A stretch of DNA of 64,000 nt, from positions 26,102,001 through 26,166,000 of the forward strand of contig CM097885.1 of assembly GCA_044892525.1 (NCBI GenBank), in the 5' to 3' direction. This stretch comes from Schmidtea polychroa (Eukaryota). The notes under the pieces were generated by a model. That model saw only the letters and a program-made list of their open reading frames with translations. It did not search any database and was not told the origin of the DNA. The translations under genes were made by a program, and so were the position numbers. This document shows, one piece after another, positions 40,391 to 52,784 of this stretch; the stretch's first letter is position 1; every line of letters starts with the position of its first letter.

Positions 40391-40790
40391 TTATGGCACT
40401 AAAATTGCTGTTGGGTACCTGTACGATTGATTCGACTCTTCCCAGACACCCAAGGTGATTTGTCGACAATATTCCCTCCCGTGTACCCATGACAACGAAT
40501 CATGATGGTGATGTACACCGAGGTCGGAACCTGTGAGCAGGTGAGCCCCTGTGTTAGGACTACTCCTCACAGCATTCGCGGTTCGGGTTCTAGAACGCCA
40601 TGAAAGCGATAATTGCCTCTGGTCCAAGTGAGGTCTTTGGAGTTTCTTCACATTTTTACGATACGGTCTTAGAACAATTAACTAAATACTTAAATATCAA
40701 CGAGACAACGTTTCATATTCAAACATTTATTGTATCTAACACAATTCCCGTGTGCAAAAAATATATATAACAAATTGGCACCATTATACA
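40391..40790 (-). pseudogene. Orphan ORF2 of cassette copy 2
   Basis: The 86-aa open part (40391-40651) is homologous to 13.2-13.5 kb. Confidence 0.6.
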
Positions 40791-40881
40791 CTATCACGAT
40801 TAGTACACCAAAGGATTTACAATACACATTTATCATGAAGGATTGATTTCAAGTCAAGTGCTTTGGGTGGAGTCCTTGTAT

Positions 40882-41609
40882 TTAGATGTCTCCTTCCAGC
40901 AACATTGCAGTGATGTCGTTTTCCAGCACAGGATCGGAAGTTGGTAGAGACTCAGTAGCTGGCACGATTTTGAACGAAGAAACTGGACATTTTGGAGGAA
41001 TTATTTTTGCCTGAGATATTGCGAACCGGGTTGGTTCTAAAGTAGGTTTTTGGTTTTCTCTGCGCGGGTCAGACGCTTCTTTCTTTTTGTTTTCTGAGGT
41101 TCCGTCTGGACTACCCCCTGAGGAATAGAAGGGTCCACAGAGTTTACGGTTGATGTCGGGGGTGTATGTATCCCCGTTATCATGACGTCCGATGTGACTG
41201 GCGACATGACGGTTGGGCCATTGGAGTTACATCGCGCTGAGTCAGTCGGCTCTAGATGATCTGGTCAATGATGTAGAGGAAATATATTCCCTTTATCCAA
41301 GGTACGATATTCTGCGATACGAGATTTCAGTTCGGCCTCAGAATAGATGCGGTGGAGAGCCGCAGATTGGACCTTGATGGTGAGCCGTTGGCTCCTACTT
41401 TCCTCAAGAAAACTGTCACGGCAGTGCTCGAGTCTGAGGATTTTCATTTGGACCTTCATTAAGGCTGGGGTATACCAGGTGCCTTCTAGAGTGTCAATCT
41501 TTCGCTTCAACGTTCCAATATAATCGGCAGACTTCTTCAGGAGTACATATTTGTCAGCACACGAGAAGCACGGTCTCGGGCCAGTTGAAGGGAGATTCGG
41601 TTTTGACAT
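40882..41609 (-). pseudogene. Orphan ORF1 of cassette copy 2
   Basis: 114 aa open, then TGA. Read-through gives KTKRKKRLTRAEK (cf. RKKKRPTRAAK), and after a frameshift SFKIVPA...DITAMLLEGDI* (cf. IFRIVPA...DIDEVFADGEVF*). Confidence 0.8.
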
Positions 41610-42256
41610 TTTGCTCGAAAAACTGGAAATGCAAAGTGGTTAAATTACCCAGAAAAGGCAGTTAAATTTCAACAGGGCCCAGTCCCTTCCCCCCGGATCT
41701 ATTTACCACTGTAAATGTTAATAATATTATCTTTTTAAATGTTATCCAAAATTGGGTAGACAGGGGCAGAGTTACGATCAAGAAAATTATTCAGTGTACT
41801 CCTATCCTATAATCAAATAAAAAATATATAAATTCGTTATTTTAAAATTAATTATTAAGTTCATTTTCCTTAACTATGCTATTTAGAATTTTTTAAGAAT
41901 TCCTTATTTATTTTATCTGTGAAAAATTCGTTGTTCAAACTAACTTGGTGAAATTTATTGCCTGAATTTGTTTGAATCTCTTCGTTCAAACATGTCACCT
42001 AAGTTTGCCCATAAAAAAATTTCATTTGCCGCGATTCTCTCAATTTAAACGATTGGCCGCTGATACATTGGTTTTAGTGGAAATTTTCACTGTGCGAGAA
42101 ATACTAGCGAATTAATTTACCATCCAGTGTGTGTAATGTGATACTAACGTATACGCGCATATCATTCCCTTTATTACATCATCGAATAATTAACATCAGT
42201 TCTCGTTTTCTAGTGTTACTGCTATTCACTCACTAAATTGCAAAGACAAAATCGTT

Positions 42257-42789
42257 ATGTTCACCAAAGGTGTATTTTCGCCGAAAGAAGAGCGGGGGAT
42301 GTTCACCTGTCATCTTCGCCGGCGGAATGGTCTTGTTGACGCGTGTAAGTTTACGTTAGTTTCACCGAATTTGTGCCATGTTGTAGAATTCCTACTACCT
42401 AGGGTAATTATTTCTAACAATTTATGTAAATTGGATAATCTATTTTCTCTCAGGCATCACCCATTTCTATTGACATTTGGTGTTGATTCCAAATTGGTGA
42501 TTGTGATCTGTCCTCGCTGACTCGGGTAAAAGCCTATCATTGCTTTATCACGATTTCTCGTTACCATCTATCTACATGAATTCCCGCTGGATGTTTACTG
42601 CCTAATTATAAAATGATTCTTATCGACGAACAAGATCGGAATTTTTCAGTGTTTACAGCGGGGATATACGATTTTGCAATACCGACTATCGACAAGTTGG
42701 CGATTAAAACCTCTAAAAATACAAATCAGAGAAGTAGAAAATTGGATTTAAGGGTCTACTCTATTCTGTGGGGGGTGTTTCCCCTGTAA
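42257..42789 (+). pseudogene. Orphan ORF-A of cassette copy 2 (possibly spliced)
   Basis: Peptide blocks match 10827-11450(-); putative intron gtaatt...ctctcag at ~42404-42453. Confidence 0.55.
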
Positions 42790-44875
42790 GATAAATGGTT
42801 TGAACGAAAATCAAGTCCTCTTCTACTCTACTACAAGACAGGATTCGATTCTCCAAGGCCACACCTCTATGCTCCAAAATTCTCGCTGGGTCATCATTCT
42901 CCTAATCGACTTTCCTCATTCCTACTCTACTCAATAAAATCATTCTTGCATCCCTACTATTGATACTCCCCACCTATTTCTAATTTATTTCCAATTGATC
43001 CGAACGACTCTAGTTGTCGATTGGCTAAATATTCGCTCATGCTTCCTCTCTTCGGATTGTAGCCAGGTCGAATGATTAAACTCATGAATTTTTAATGGGT
43101 ACCATTCCTCATAGTTCCACTAGTTTTAATCATTTTTTCTCATTTTTATTCTTTTCTTATGTTTTTATTATTTTTAACGATTTTATTAATAACTAATTTT
43201 CCTATTCTTATTTTCCTTTCTTTTCTTGATTTTTGTGGTTTTTTCTCGTATTTTCTATCTTGTTTGTTTTTCCTTAATTATAATTTCTATTTTTTGGGTA
43301 TGATATTATTTTTTAATTTTCTCGTTATTTCTTTCTTTTATTATTATTTTTCTATTATTTTTCTTTCTTGGGTAATTATTTCGGGTTCTTTTTATTGGTT
43401 TTTCTGTTCTTTTTATTTCGGATTATCGGTTTTTTCTTTCACTTTTTATCCATCCTTTTAATTTGGCTGATTCCCTCTTAACTTAATTCTTAATTAATTA
43501 TTTTACATAGTGTTTTAGACTCATTGAGTCTTCAGCCCAACATTGCCAATAAAATAATCAAAAACAGAAATAAGAAAATTCTAGAATAAAAAGAATTCGA
43601 GTTTGTTTTAATGCATCAATACATACACGTGTACTTGCCACACAAAAATAGGTATATATACCAAAGCATTTCAGTCACAAAATTGCCAAATTTATTTTTT
43701 GTTCGAACATTCTATTTGAAGATCTTAGAAATCAGTAGTAAGCCTGTGTATGATTTTATATATGTATTTTAATGATAACCTTTCATTTCATTATATTTCA
43801 TGCTAACTTCTAACTTTTATTGTTTTCGTAAGTGTTCAGAGACACATTGATTTATCTGCGACTCTGCTCAGTCATGCGTTCAACCATATCTTAAATGAAT
43901 TCTAGTTATTTCACATGTAGACACGCATTATCCTTATTATAAATATTTTTGTTTGGTCATCGGAGGTCGTCCACTTCATGGTTCGTTTATAAAACAATGT
44001 TCTGAAATAATATATGTAATTGAATTTAGTATCTTGCATTTTGCTATTCAGTGTATAAAGAAATCAACCGTGCCAAATTTATCTATTATTCTAACAAAAT
44101 ATCAAAAAATATCAAATTTCAAAAAGACAATTTCTGCTTTTCTACAAATCTGTTAAAATGGTTAATGGGAGAAGTATTAATTCACTCCAAAAGATTCCTT
44201 TCCTACGAATTGCAAAATTTATTTCCAGATTTATCAAATACAGACAATCAATTAAAATTAATTTCATTAGATTTTCCCGGTGAAAATATCCAACTACAAG
44301 GAAAGATGAAACAAATTAATGTAATGATATTTGAAGATACAGAGAAAAACTTATTCAAGAGATTCTACAGACGATTGCACACGTGTTTGAAGTACTTTTA
44401 GAATTAGGAAGATTTTTAGATTATCACCATATTCAAAATCTAGTTTTTCTTGGACAACGCATGATTATACAATCTAATAGGTTTTCAATATACATCTCCT
44501 TAAATGAATTACAACATGTACACATTTTCCATCAAAGTTTAGCAGGCATTCTAAATGATATCACAGATATGATAACAAATATCTTGGAATTTGACGGGGG
44601 TCTACTAAAATAATTTTATTAAATCAACAATAAATCGTAGAATTTAATAAATATTACGAAATTTCCAAAATTTACATTTAATTTTATTACATACAATCAT
44701 CTAATTGGTTTATATTCAAAATTATATTTCCATTAATTACGTAGCTATTTTTAGATGTTTTTCTGACGTTGGTCTTGAATTATACTTCGACGGATATGAA
44801 GATTCATAATTTCGAATCATTGAATTGCTTGTATATATAAATACTTTTCAATTATTCAAAAATTTGACTAGCTAC

Positions 44876-44880
<5 letters not shown>

Positions 44881-44959
<79 letters not shown>
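44881..44959. repeat. (TA)n microsatellite
   Basis: Pure AT run. Confidence 0.95.
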
Positions 44960-44962
<3 letters not shown>

Positions 44963-45305
44963 TTACTGCATTTGATTTTCGAAATAAGCATTTATTACTC
45001 TTGAAAAATTATATAACCGAAATATACAATCAGGGCAGTTCTTATTCGAGAGGACCTCGGTTTCCATGTTACCCGAATCCGGTCAATCCTGATTTCCCAA
45101 ATAAACTTTTGATAGATATCGGATATCCATATATCCGTTGTGTTATATACGAGATCCAGAATCTTCTCGACCGATTGATCGTTTAAAATCGATTGTAGTT
45201 CTGGATAAAAGTTCGTGAGTCGATCTCCAAAATACTCGTCAGGAATGATATTTGAATTCATCTGAAAATAAATCAATAATTTAAATAAAATAAATAATAA
45301 AGTAC

Positions 45306-46362
45306 TGTTGGGTTTTATGATATCAAAATCAACCGTTGGTTACTCTGACTCCACGTGTTCCAAAATCAATAAACACAAACTCCCAACGTATATTTGTTTT
45401 ATAACAATTCACAACTCTCAACAATTAATCACACTGTTAGTTAATCACAATTATCACACAATTTCAGATCGGACTCCGCTCTGAAGGTCTCAACCCTGTA
45501 CGATTTAAAATTAAGTTTCACCTTTTTGCTTGATTCCGCTCTCTGATTCGAACTTTTTTAATACTCCTTTCCGACTCCTCGATTCCTCTTATAATTCCAT
45601 TTTTTCTTTTACTTTATTCCTCGAAATCCTATCGTATATTTCTTCTTTTATTTTATTCCTCGAAATCCTAGCGTCTATTTCTTCTTTTATTTTATTCCTC
45701 GAAATCCTAGCGTCTATTTCTTCTTCCCTACAGGCTACCGCCGATTATGTGAATTTTGAGTTTCCTTATATACTCCCATAATCGTTGTAATTGCCCCATT
45801 TTTGTCCTAATTGGTTTTGACTTCTTTAGTTATCATTCCTTAATTGAAAATTTCTGTTGACCCTCTTCGTAATTCCTTTTCTTTTGTTTACCTTCGTTTA
45901 TCCGGTTGTTTGGATAATTGTCCTCTGAATTCTTCGTTTGTTTACCCTTCCAAATTGCCGTGCTCGGGATTTCTTCATCGCTCGGGTTCTCCATTAGCTC
46001 GGGTTTCTCATTAGCCAATTAATTAATTAATTAATATTTTACGTTTTCCCACATTTGTCTGTTTTACGACCCTTTCTACACATTTTCTAACAATTTCTTG
46101 CTCACTGTCTTCTTCACCATCCCCTAATCTACCCCTCTCCCGTTTTCCAGCTTCAATTTCGATAACTTTCCACTTTATTCCACTTTCTCAGGTTTGCGCA
46201 TTTTTCCATTTTATGTCTGATTGTACCCTTTTATAGTTCTGTTTTTATCATATCTTTCTTTGCCATTGCTTCTCTGCTTGACCGCCATTCAATTTCGGTT
46301 CTTTTTAATCTGAACTATATAATTTAATAATTTATTGTCAAACCTCAACATATCTCCCCCTT
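45306..46362 (-). mobile_element. Ty3/Gypsy 3' LTR (45306-46350) with polypurine tract
   Basis: TGTTG...CAACA termini. On the minus strand, TTCGAGGACGAA...AAGGGGGAGA-ta precedes the LTR. Three ~39-bp internal repeats at ~45612-45727. Confidence 0.8.
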
Positions 46363-47300
46363 AAAAAAAAATTCGTCCTCGAAATATGTGATGCTTATTT
46401 AATTTAAAATTCAAATATATTATCATATTTTCTGAAAATTAAGTGACATATTGACATATCGACAATTCAGTCCCATTCGAGTCTTGTTCATTTTATTAAA
46501 ATTCAACATTTTTCCTTATGTTTAAAAATCTAATTTTAATTTATTTGTGAATTTTCTCATTTGAACAGTTTCTTAAATTTTCAATTAAGTGTTTCATAGC
46601 ATTTTATTTTCAAAGTTAAATATTTACTTTATTTATTTTTAATTTATTTACGTTCAATAATAAATTAAATTTCATCCAATAGAATAATTCTAAAATGTCA
46701 AAGACATAAAAATATCGAAATTGTAATTTAATTTTCAATTTAAACGCTATCATGAAAAATTTTAAGGTTTTAACTAATTTTCTTTATTGAATAGCTAAAA
46801 TAATTCTTCACAATTTCTAAAGATTTTTTTTATAATAAATACTTAGCATAAGCAGCTAAAAAATACCATTCTGGCTTTTTCAATTCTAAATTAAACTAAA
46901 CTCACATAAAATATTATTTATTATTCTTTTATTTCTCAGTGGGAATTTATAATGGACAATCCAATAATTATTATTTGTATGCTTTATCGGTGTTACTTGG
47001 CATATGAATATCTAATATTATGGATTATATCAAAATAGCAATTAACTGTTTCTATGGGGTATTTATCTAACAAATTATCCCAATTATTTAATGGCAAATA
47101 ATTACTTCCTAAATTTGATAACGATACTTTTATAAATAGGATTTTAAAAGCTGAAAAATTTACTGATAGTTTGAAATTTCGTTAGTTTTTTATAAATTTT
47201 AAATACAATAACTTATAATATAACTTATTATTCATGAATTTAGAATATTTTAAAAATTTAAGTAATATTAAATATAATATTTTTTTTTATTTTTGATTCA

Positions 47301-47960
47301 ATGTTAGCAATATATGTGTTATTTGTAATTGTGGCGGTTTGTGATATTTCCTGTAAATCGGTGGAAAAAATCCAAGTTTTTCCAGGAGCTTATATTGATG
47401 CAAACGAATATTATGCAGGAAGAGCGGGAAAGTTTTTCCACGATGGTTGTAATTTTTGCACTTGTAGTTTCAGACCAGATACTCATCCAGGTGCAGCTTA
47501 TACAGGAATTACGTCATTTATTTAGTTCAGATAATATTTAATAGATGTTTGTGAATCAAAGAGTTGAAACTAAATTTTGTACTCTGGATTTGGAATTATT
47601 GTCATTGTTGTTCCTTTTTGTCAGCTGAGCCCAGTTTCCTTTTCTAGGCAGGAGCATGTGTAACGCCAAATATGGGTCTGTCTTAACGCAAATTCTACAG
47701 AAATGATATTTGATGATGGCTGCGGAAGATAATGCAGGTAAAGAACTTTATTTCGGTATAGAAATGTATAATTATTCTTTTAATGTATCAAAAAAAGTCG
47801 AGGCACTTGGTCAGCCGCTTGTCCCCCACGTTGCTGTGATCCCAATACCTTTATCAGACACACAAAAACAGAGATGATCCTACTGAACACCGCAGAAAAG
47901 CTGTCAACAAAGCTGACGATTTGTTGGAAAAATTATCTCGAAAATAATCTAATGCCTTGC
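47301..47960 (+). pseudogene. Spliced secreted cysteine-rich protein, pacifastin/VWC-like, decayed
   Basis: Signal-peptide-like MLAIYVLFVIVAVC; FHDGCNFCTC...GAAYT; second repeat FDDGCGRxCR|CIKKSRGTWSAACPPRCC; splice donor at ~47738; stop codon. Confidence 0.5.
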
Positions 47961-49234
47961 CTAAATTCAATAAATTTTATGTTTCTTTACTGCACTATTA
48001 AATATTTCATTATTTTTCTCATACCATATTTTCAAATATTTAAACCAAACTGTGTAGCGATAAAAATTATAAGTTTTCATTTATTCGTAACTTATATTTG
48101 ATTTATTTTATGTCAGAAATTTAGCAACATTTTTTTTCGAATGACAATAGCGGTTTTGGCCTTTGTGAGACTACTTACACATGTGGTCTTTTTATGTTTT
48201 CTATAGCAATTCAGATTTGCGCTGCAGCAACCGCACAGTGGTACTTATAAACCGATTGTATTAGAGATAAAGATGTTCGAGATTTGAGTATAATAATGAT
48301 ATTGTTTACTCTTGGAAAATGCCTTTAACTTTGTAAATTGTTGTAATGGAATTTTATTGTTAATAGTAACTCAAGTGAGATTAATTTTATCTTTCGTTCC
48401 CGCAAACCAGTTTCAAAATTTAGTGGGAGTTTGCATGTACACCCATTATATTTTCATTTTATTTTTTTTCATTGATATTATTCTCCTAAATAACTACTAA
48501 ATAATTGATAATCATAATTGTAATTTAATTGATAATAATTTGAAATTCTAATGTAAACTTTATTGTATGATATTTTTGTATATTTTTTATATTTAAAATA
48601 CAATATTTTTAAAAGAAAATTTTTACAAAAAAATCTTACTTGAAATACAAAGTTTGGAAGTTTTGTCAATTGTTTTGATAATTTATGTATATGAAAAATC
48701 TGTTATATTTTGAAACGATACATTTCATCGCAAGTGTGCTTGATTTTTTTTATTATAGGAATTGTGTTAGTATGTGTTGTGTTTTTTTTTCTATCCATTT
48801 ATTTATTACATAATAAAAATGTTATTTTATGAAACGAAAAATTTTGGTGTGATGCGTGAAGTATAAATTTGTTAGATTTTTAAAGATGATAGGAAATGTA
48901 AAATTTTGAAACAGGTATGATGACAGAAAATCCCGTTCAGATCCAATCTCAGCTTTTATGATTGTATGTCCGGATATCGAAGGTCGATGATGAGTAAAGC
49001 ATTGGATTTTGTGTCGGTTTTATCCAATTTTAAATGCACATTTTATCAAATTTTAATGAACTCATTTTGTTTATTCAATTTTAAGTCTTAGGTTACAAAT
49101 TTTTATTTTATTTATTTGCTATCATTTTTTTTGCTGTTATTATTAAATTTTAATTTTATTAATTAATTAATTTTTTTTTCGTTTAGCCTTTCCCATTATT
49201 TATGGTACTTCGAGGACGAAAGTGAGGTTTTCAT

Positions 49235-49652
49235 TGTAAATATTTATTAATAGCAATTATTAAATTATTTTAATCTACCGCGTTCATCTCTCCCTTCTTA
49301 TTAGTATGTCATTCCTGCTCCTGCATCTGCATTCTCGACAATACGATTTCAGCTTCGAATTGGAACAAGAGAATTTCCATCCTTTCCAGCTTTCTTTTAC
49401 AAATCATATCTTCTAGTTCCAAGTGGTCAATTTTCCTCTCCATTGCTTTCATTTTTCTTCTCATTTCTTTCATTGAGTTTCGACACTCTTTGATTGACTC
49501 TTCCTCTTGGGCTTCCTGAAGTTAAATATAATTAAAGTTTTCTTAAACACTATTTATCGCGCAAGGCCAAGCACACCATAGCGAAGTCCGACCAAACAAA
49601 GTAACAAATCTAAATTTATATAACCATGCTAATTTTATAAAATTTGTTTACA
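49235..49652 (+). mobile_element. Putative second Gypsy LTR
   Basis: TGTAAA...TTTACA terminal IR, preceded by TTCGAGGACGAAAG; PPT degenerate. Confidence 0.45.
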
Positions 49653-50271
49653 CGCATGTAATTTTATAATATAGATTTTATACAGTGGTTTTGATCACAT
49701 TGAAAGATTCGAGTCGTAAGTCATCTATAGTATGCTGTCTATTTCCACACAAAATGATTGTTATTACTCTTAATTGATAATAATTGATAATGATTCCTTT
49801 GTTGATTTCCGAATTTTGATATGCTATCGCTAATTTATGAGGAATGCTGTCAATATGAGGTATATCAAACATTCACAGATGATTAAAGTTTGACCAATTT
49901 CAATTTGAGTCCGTTTATTTATTACACGATTGTTACATTGATATTGACTTGTAGAAATTGGACGTGTGGTGGTTATGTCGGGTTTCAGCTTTGGCACTAT
50001 TCTTGTTTTCACTAAAACTGTTTGCCATCGATATGGCTCGAATATCTGTTGTTGGTATTTAATATTCTAAATTAGGAGTAATAAATGAAAAATAGCTATT
50101 GATAATGATTCCTTTGTTGATTTCCGAATTTTGATATGCTATCGCTAATTTATTTTTAACTGTAAAAACTACTCGATTTGACTCCAACAATGACCATTTA
50201 TTTTCTATCACTTTCTCATTGTTATATAATTCATTTGTTTTTACTTTAACTCTAATTTGATTGTTGAATTT

Positions 50272-52780
50272 TCAAGGAGTGTATGTCTCGTTTTGTTTAT
50301 TCCTCCACGGGGGCTTGAAATTTGCCTTTAGATCTCGTGCCACGTAAGTATTTTTGTCATAATTCGGTGTGAATGGCTCTCGTAAGTTATTACTCTCTAT
50401 TTGTTTTGTTGTAATTAACACTTTATTACTATAACTGTTTAAAGTTTTATTTTTGGTAAATATTTGTTGAAGTTTCGTGTCCCTTTTTGCTTCATTTTGT
50501 TTTATAAAAATATCCTGATATTTCTTTACCCAATCTTTGAAATTTTTCCTCTGCTTTTCATTCAGATCAGTACTCACAATTTTATATTCTTTATAAATTT
50601 TTACATTTCTGGGAATTTTCTTTTCAATTTGAGAGTAATCATATACTACGAATAACGTTTTATTGTTGATGATTCCTAAAATTAAAAAAAAACAAACACC
50701 ATCAACCATGTATATATCATTTTTGTCTTTTTTAACTATTACACCCTTTTTGAATTCCTCGGTTTTAGTACCAAATTTTTCCATCCACCATTATATTTTA
50801 TCCAGTTTGTCACATATGTATTTGACACTTCGGTTGCTTTTTCGATCCACTTTTCCAATTTTTCCGAGTCCAAACAACCATGTGTGCCAATTTTCAAGAC
50901 AATACAAGCTAGAACCGTCAATACTACGTCTCTGTTCAAACCCTTTTTAATTAACTTCTTGATTACTGTTTTATCACAAAATACATTTCCTTTAACGCTA
51001 AGTTGAAGTATGATTGGAAATCTCCTTTTCAGCTGTTTCGCAAGTTGTTGCATAAATTGATTTTTATATACATTCTCTCTATTCAGTGCATATATTTCCC
51101 TTACTAACCCCTTTAAAATCGATTTTGTTTCAATCAAATCATTTAAATCTGTTTTCACATCATTCAACTCGTCTTTTTCTGTTAACTCACACTTTTTCCG
51201 CTTACGGTTATTTGATTTATCAGTATTACCAATTTCAACAAACTTCAATTCGCATTTTATTTCTTCCGTTTCTATCGGCTTGTCATTCATATTATAAATT
51301 TCTTGATTTACTGCATCAGTTTCATTGACATCAGTTACATTTCCATTTCGCACTTCATGTAAAATTTTGTTTTTTGACTCAAAACCTTTCAACTCAGCTT
51401 CATTTAGCTCCTCAGATAATTCAGTTTTAATTACTCCAATCTCATCATCCTCCTCTTTTACGATTCTAGGCCAGTGAGTTACAATAACCTCGTTTTCAGA
51501 CATGTCATCCTTTGGCTTCGTTGCATAAACATTATTTATGTGATTTGGATTAAATCCGTAATTAACTAGATTTTCGTTATCGTCTAACTCTATTCCTTTG
51601 TAAGTCAGTACAATAATTCCATTATTTCCCATTGTTTCTGCAGCTTTTTGTCGTAATTTTGACACCTTTACGCTTCAGTGCTCTTGAAAATATTTCCATC
51701 AATATTTAGAGCTATCATTAATGATTTAAAATTACACTCCGGTTCTCTGTGATCATATTTTAATTTCCGTAGTTTCCTTTAATCTGGTTTGATATTTCGT
51801 TTCTTTATGAATATGCGGCAAAATACATTCGAAAAGCTTCTCTTTATCTTTTCCGTTCATTTTTGAACTCATCACTAATTCAAGACATTTATTGATCTCG
51901 TCCTCAATACCAATATATAACATGTCTAGCAAATTCCCAAAAGTTTCGTTCCAATTTTTAAAATCTGAATTTGAATAATTAAAAGTATTCAAAATTTTTA
52001 CCTCATTTTTTAATCCAGGGATTAAACCCCAATCTACCAAGTATTCCGCATCCTTCAGTTGTCCCACTTACCGTTGTGCCAATTTAAAGCTACCTTTATT
52101 GTATTTAGCCAGAATAAGCATTGTCAAATCTTTGATTTCTCCATAAGGATTGATAGAAAATTGAGCTTTAATACCATTGATGTCTGTGGTCTCCACGATA
52201 ATATTATCCAAATCGTTTTAGGATCTTAATGCTTTTCCAAATATTCTCATTAATTTAGCAATTTCCTCATCTTGGAGTATGCTGTAAAGCTTAGAACATA
52301 AGTTCAATGCACTTTTCAATTTCTTATGACTAAGTTGGATCTGACTTAACTCACTTTCAATCTTGGATTGTTTGTTTCTATATTTTCGAGCCATCTTTCC
52401 ATTTTATTTAAAAACAACGTAGCCTTTTCGTTCAACAAGTCATTTTTTACTTTATTAGCAAAGTTTTCCGAAATATTTTCGTACGCCATATAAGAGTCTG
52501 CTTCGTCATCAAATTCAATCTTCGACATCAACTTGTCTAATTTTTTTCTCATTTCTCGAACTTCATTTTCCATCTGTTCTTTAAAGTCGTCTTTTTGAGC
52601 ATAAGCTACATTGGCATTGATTGATTCATCTTGAAATTTACTTGATTTCTTGGGATATCTAGGTGATATATTTCTTGAAAAACAATTTCTGCTAATGTGG
52701 CCCATTTTTCCACATCGATAACATTCAATGTGACTTTTGTTTGGCTTATTTTCAGTAAATCTTCCTTTGGGACTCCCTTT
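50272..52780 (-). pseudogene. Decayed retroelement polyprotein: Gag CCHC knuckle, UBL, UBL, acidic linker, Bcl-2-like domain, pol-linker-like segment
   Basis: CYRCGKMGHISRNC. UBL1: IIVETTDINGIKAQFSINPYGEIKDL...LKDAEYLVDWGL. UBL2: VKVSKLRQK...LTYKGIELDDNENLVNYGF. BH1-like GLNRDVVLTV; BH2 VTNWIKYNGGW. Then DLNEKQRKNFKDWVKKYQDIF. Several stops and frameshifts. Confidence 0.7.
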
Positions 52781-52784
52781 TGGG

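Larger units (their letters stand above)
39960..43542 (-). mobile_element. LTR-like cassette, copy 2 (left boundary uncertain)
   Basis: The minus strand starts TGTTGGGCT at 43542, then ~400 bp A-rich tract, then ORF-A, ORF1 and ORF2 in the same order and relative orientation as copy 1. Confidence 0.6.

Noticed and set aside
43159-43461. 100-aa Phe/Leu-rich membrane-like ORF
   Set aside because: Translation of the T-rich strand-biased tract at the cassette end.
43512-43536. Minus-strand CUGAAGA-cucaaugaguc-UAAA as a hammerhead at the end of cassette copy 2
   Set aside because: Lacks GAAA and proper stem register, and points inward, unlike the copy-1 ribozymes.
44051-45276. Short ORFs around the (TA)n run, and the acidic ORF at 39092-39373
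   Set aside because: Possibly decayed coding sequence, but no motif or in-window homologue supports a call.
49205-49225. GAGGACGAAA resembling a classic hammerhead stem II/GAAA
   Set aside because: No upstream CUGANGA; TTCGAGGACGAA is better explained as the Gypsy pre-PPT motif also seen at ~46372-46383 on the minus strand.
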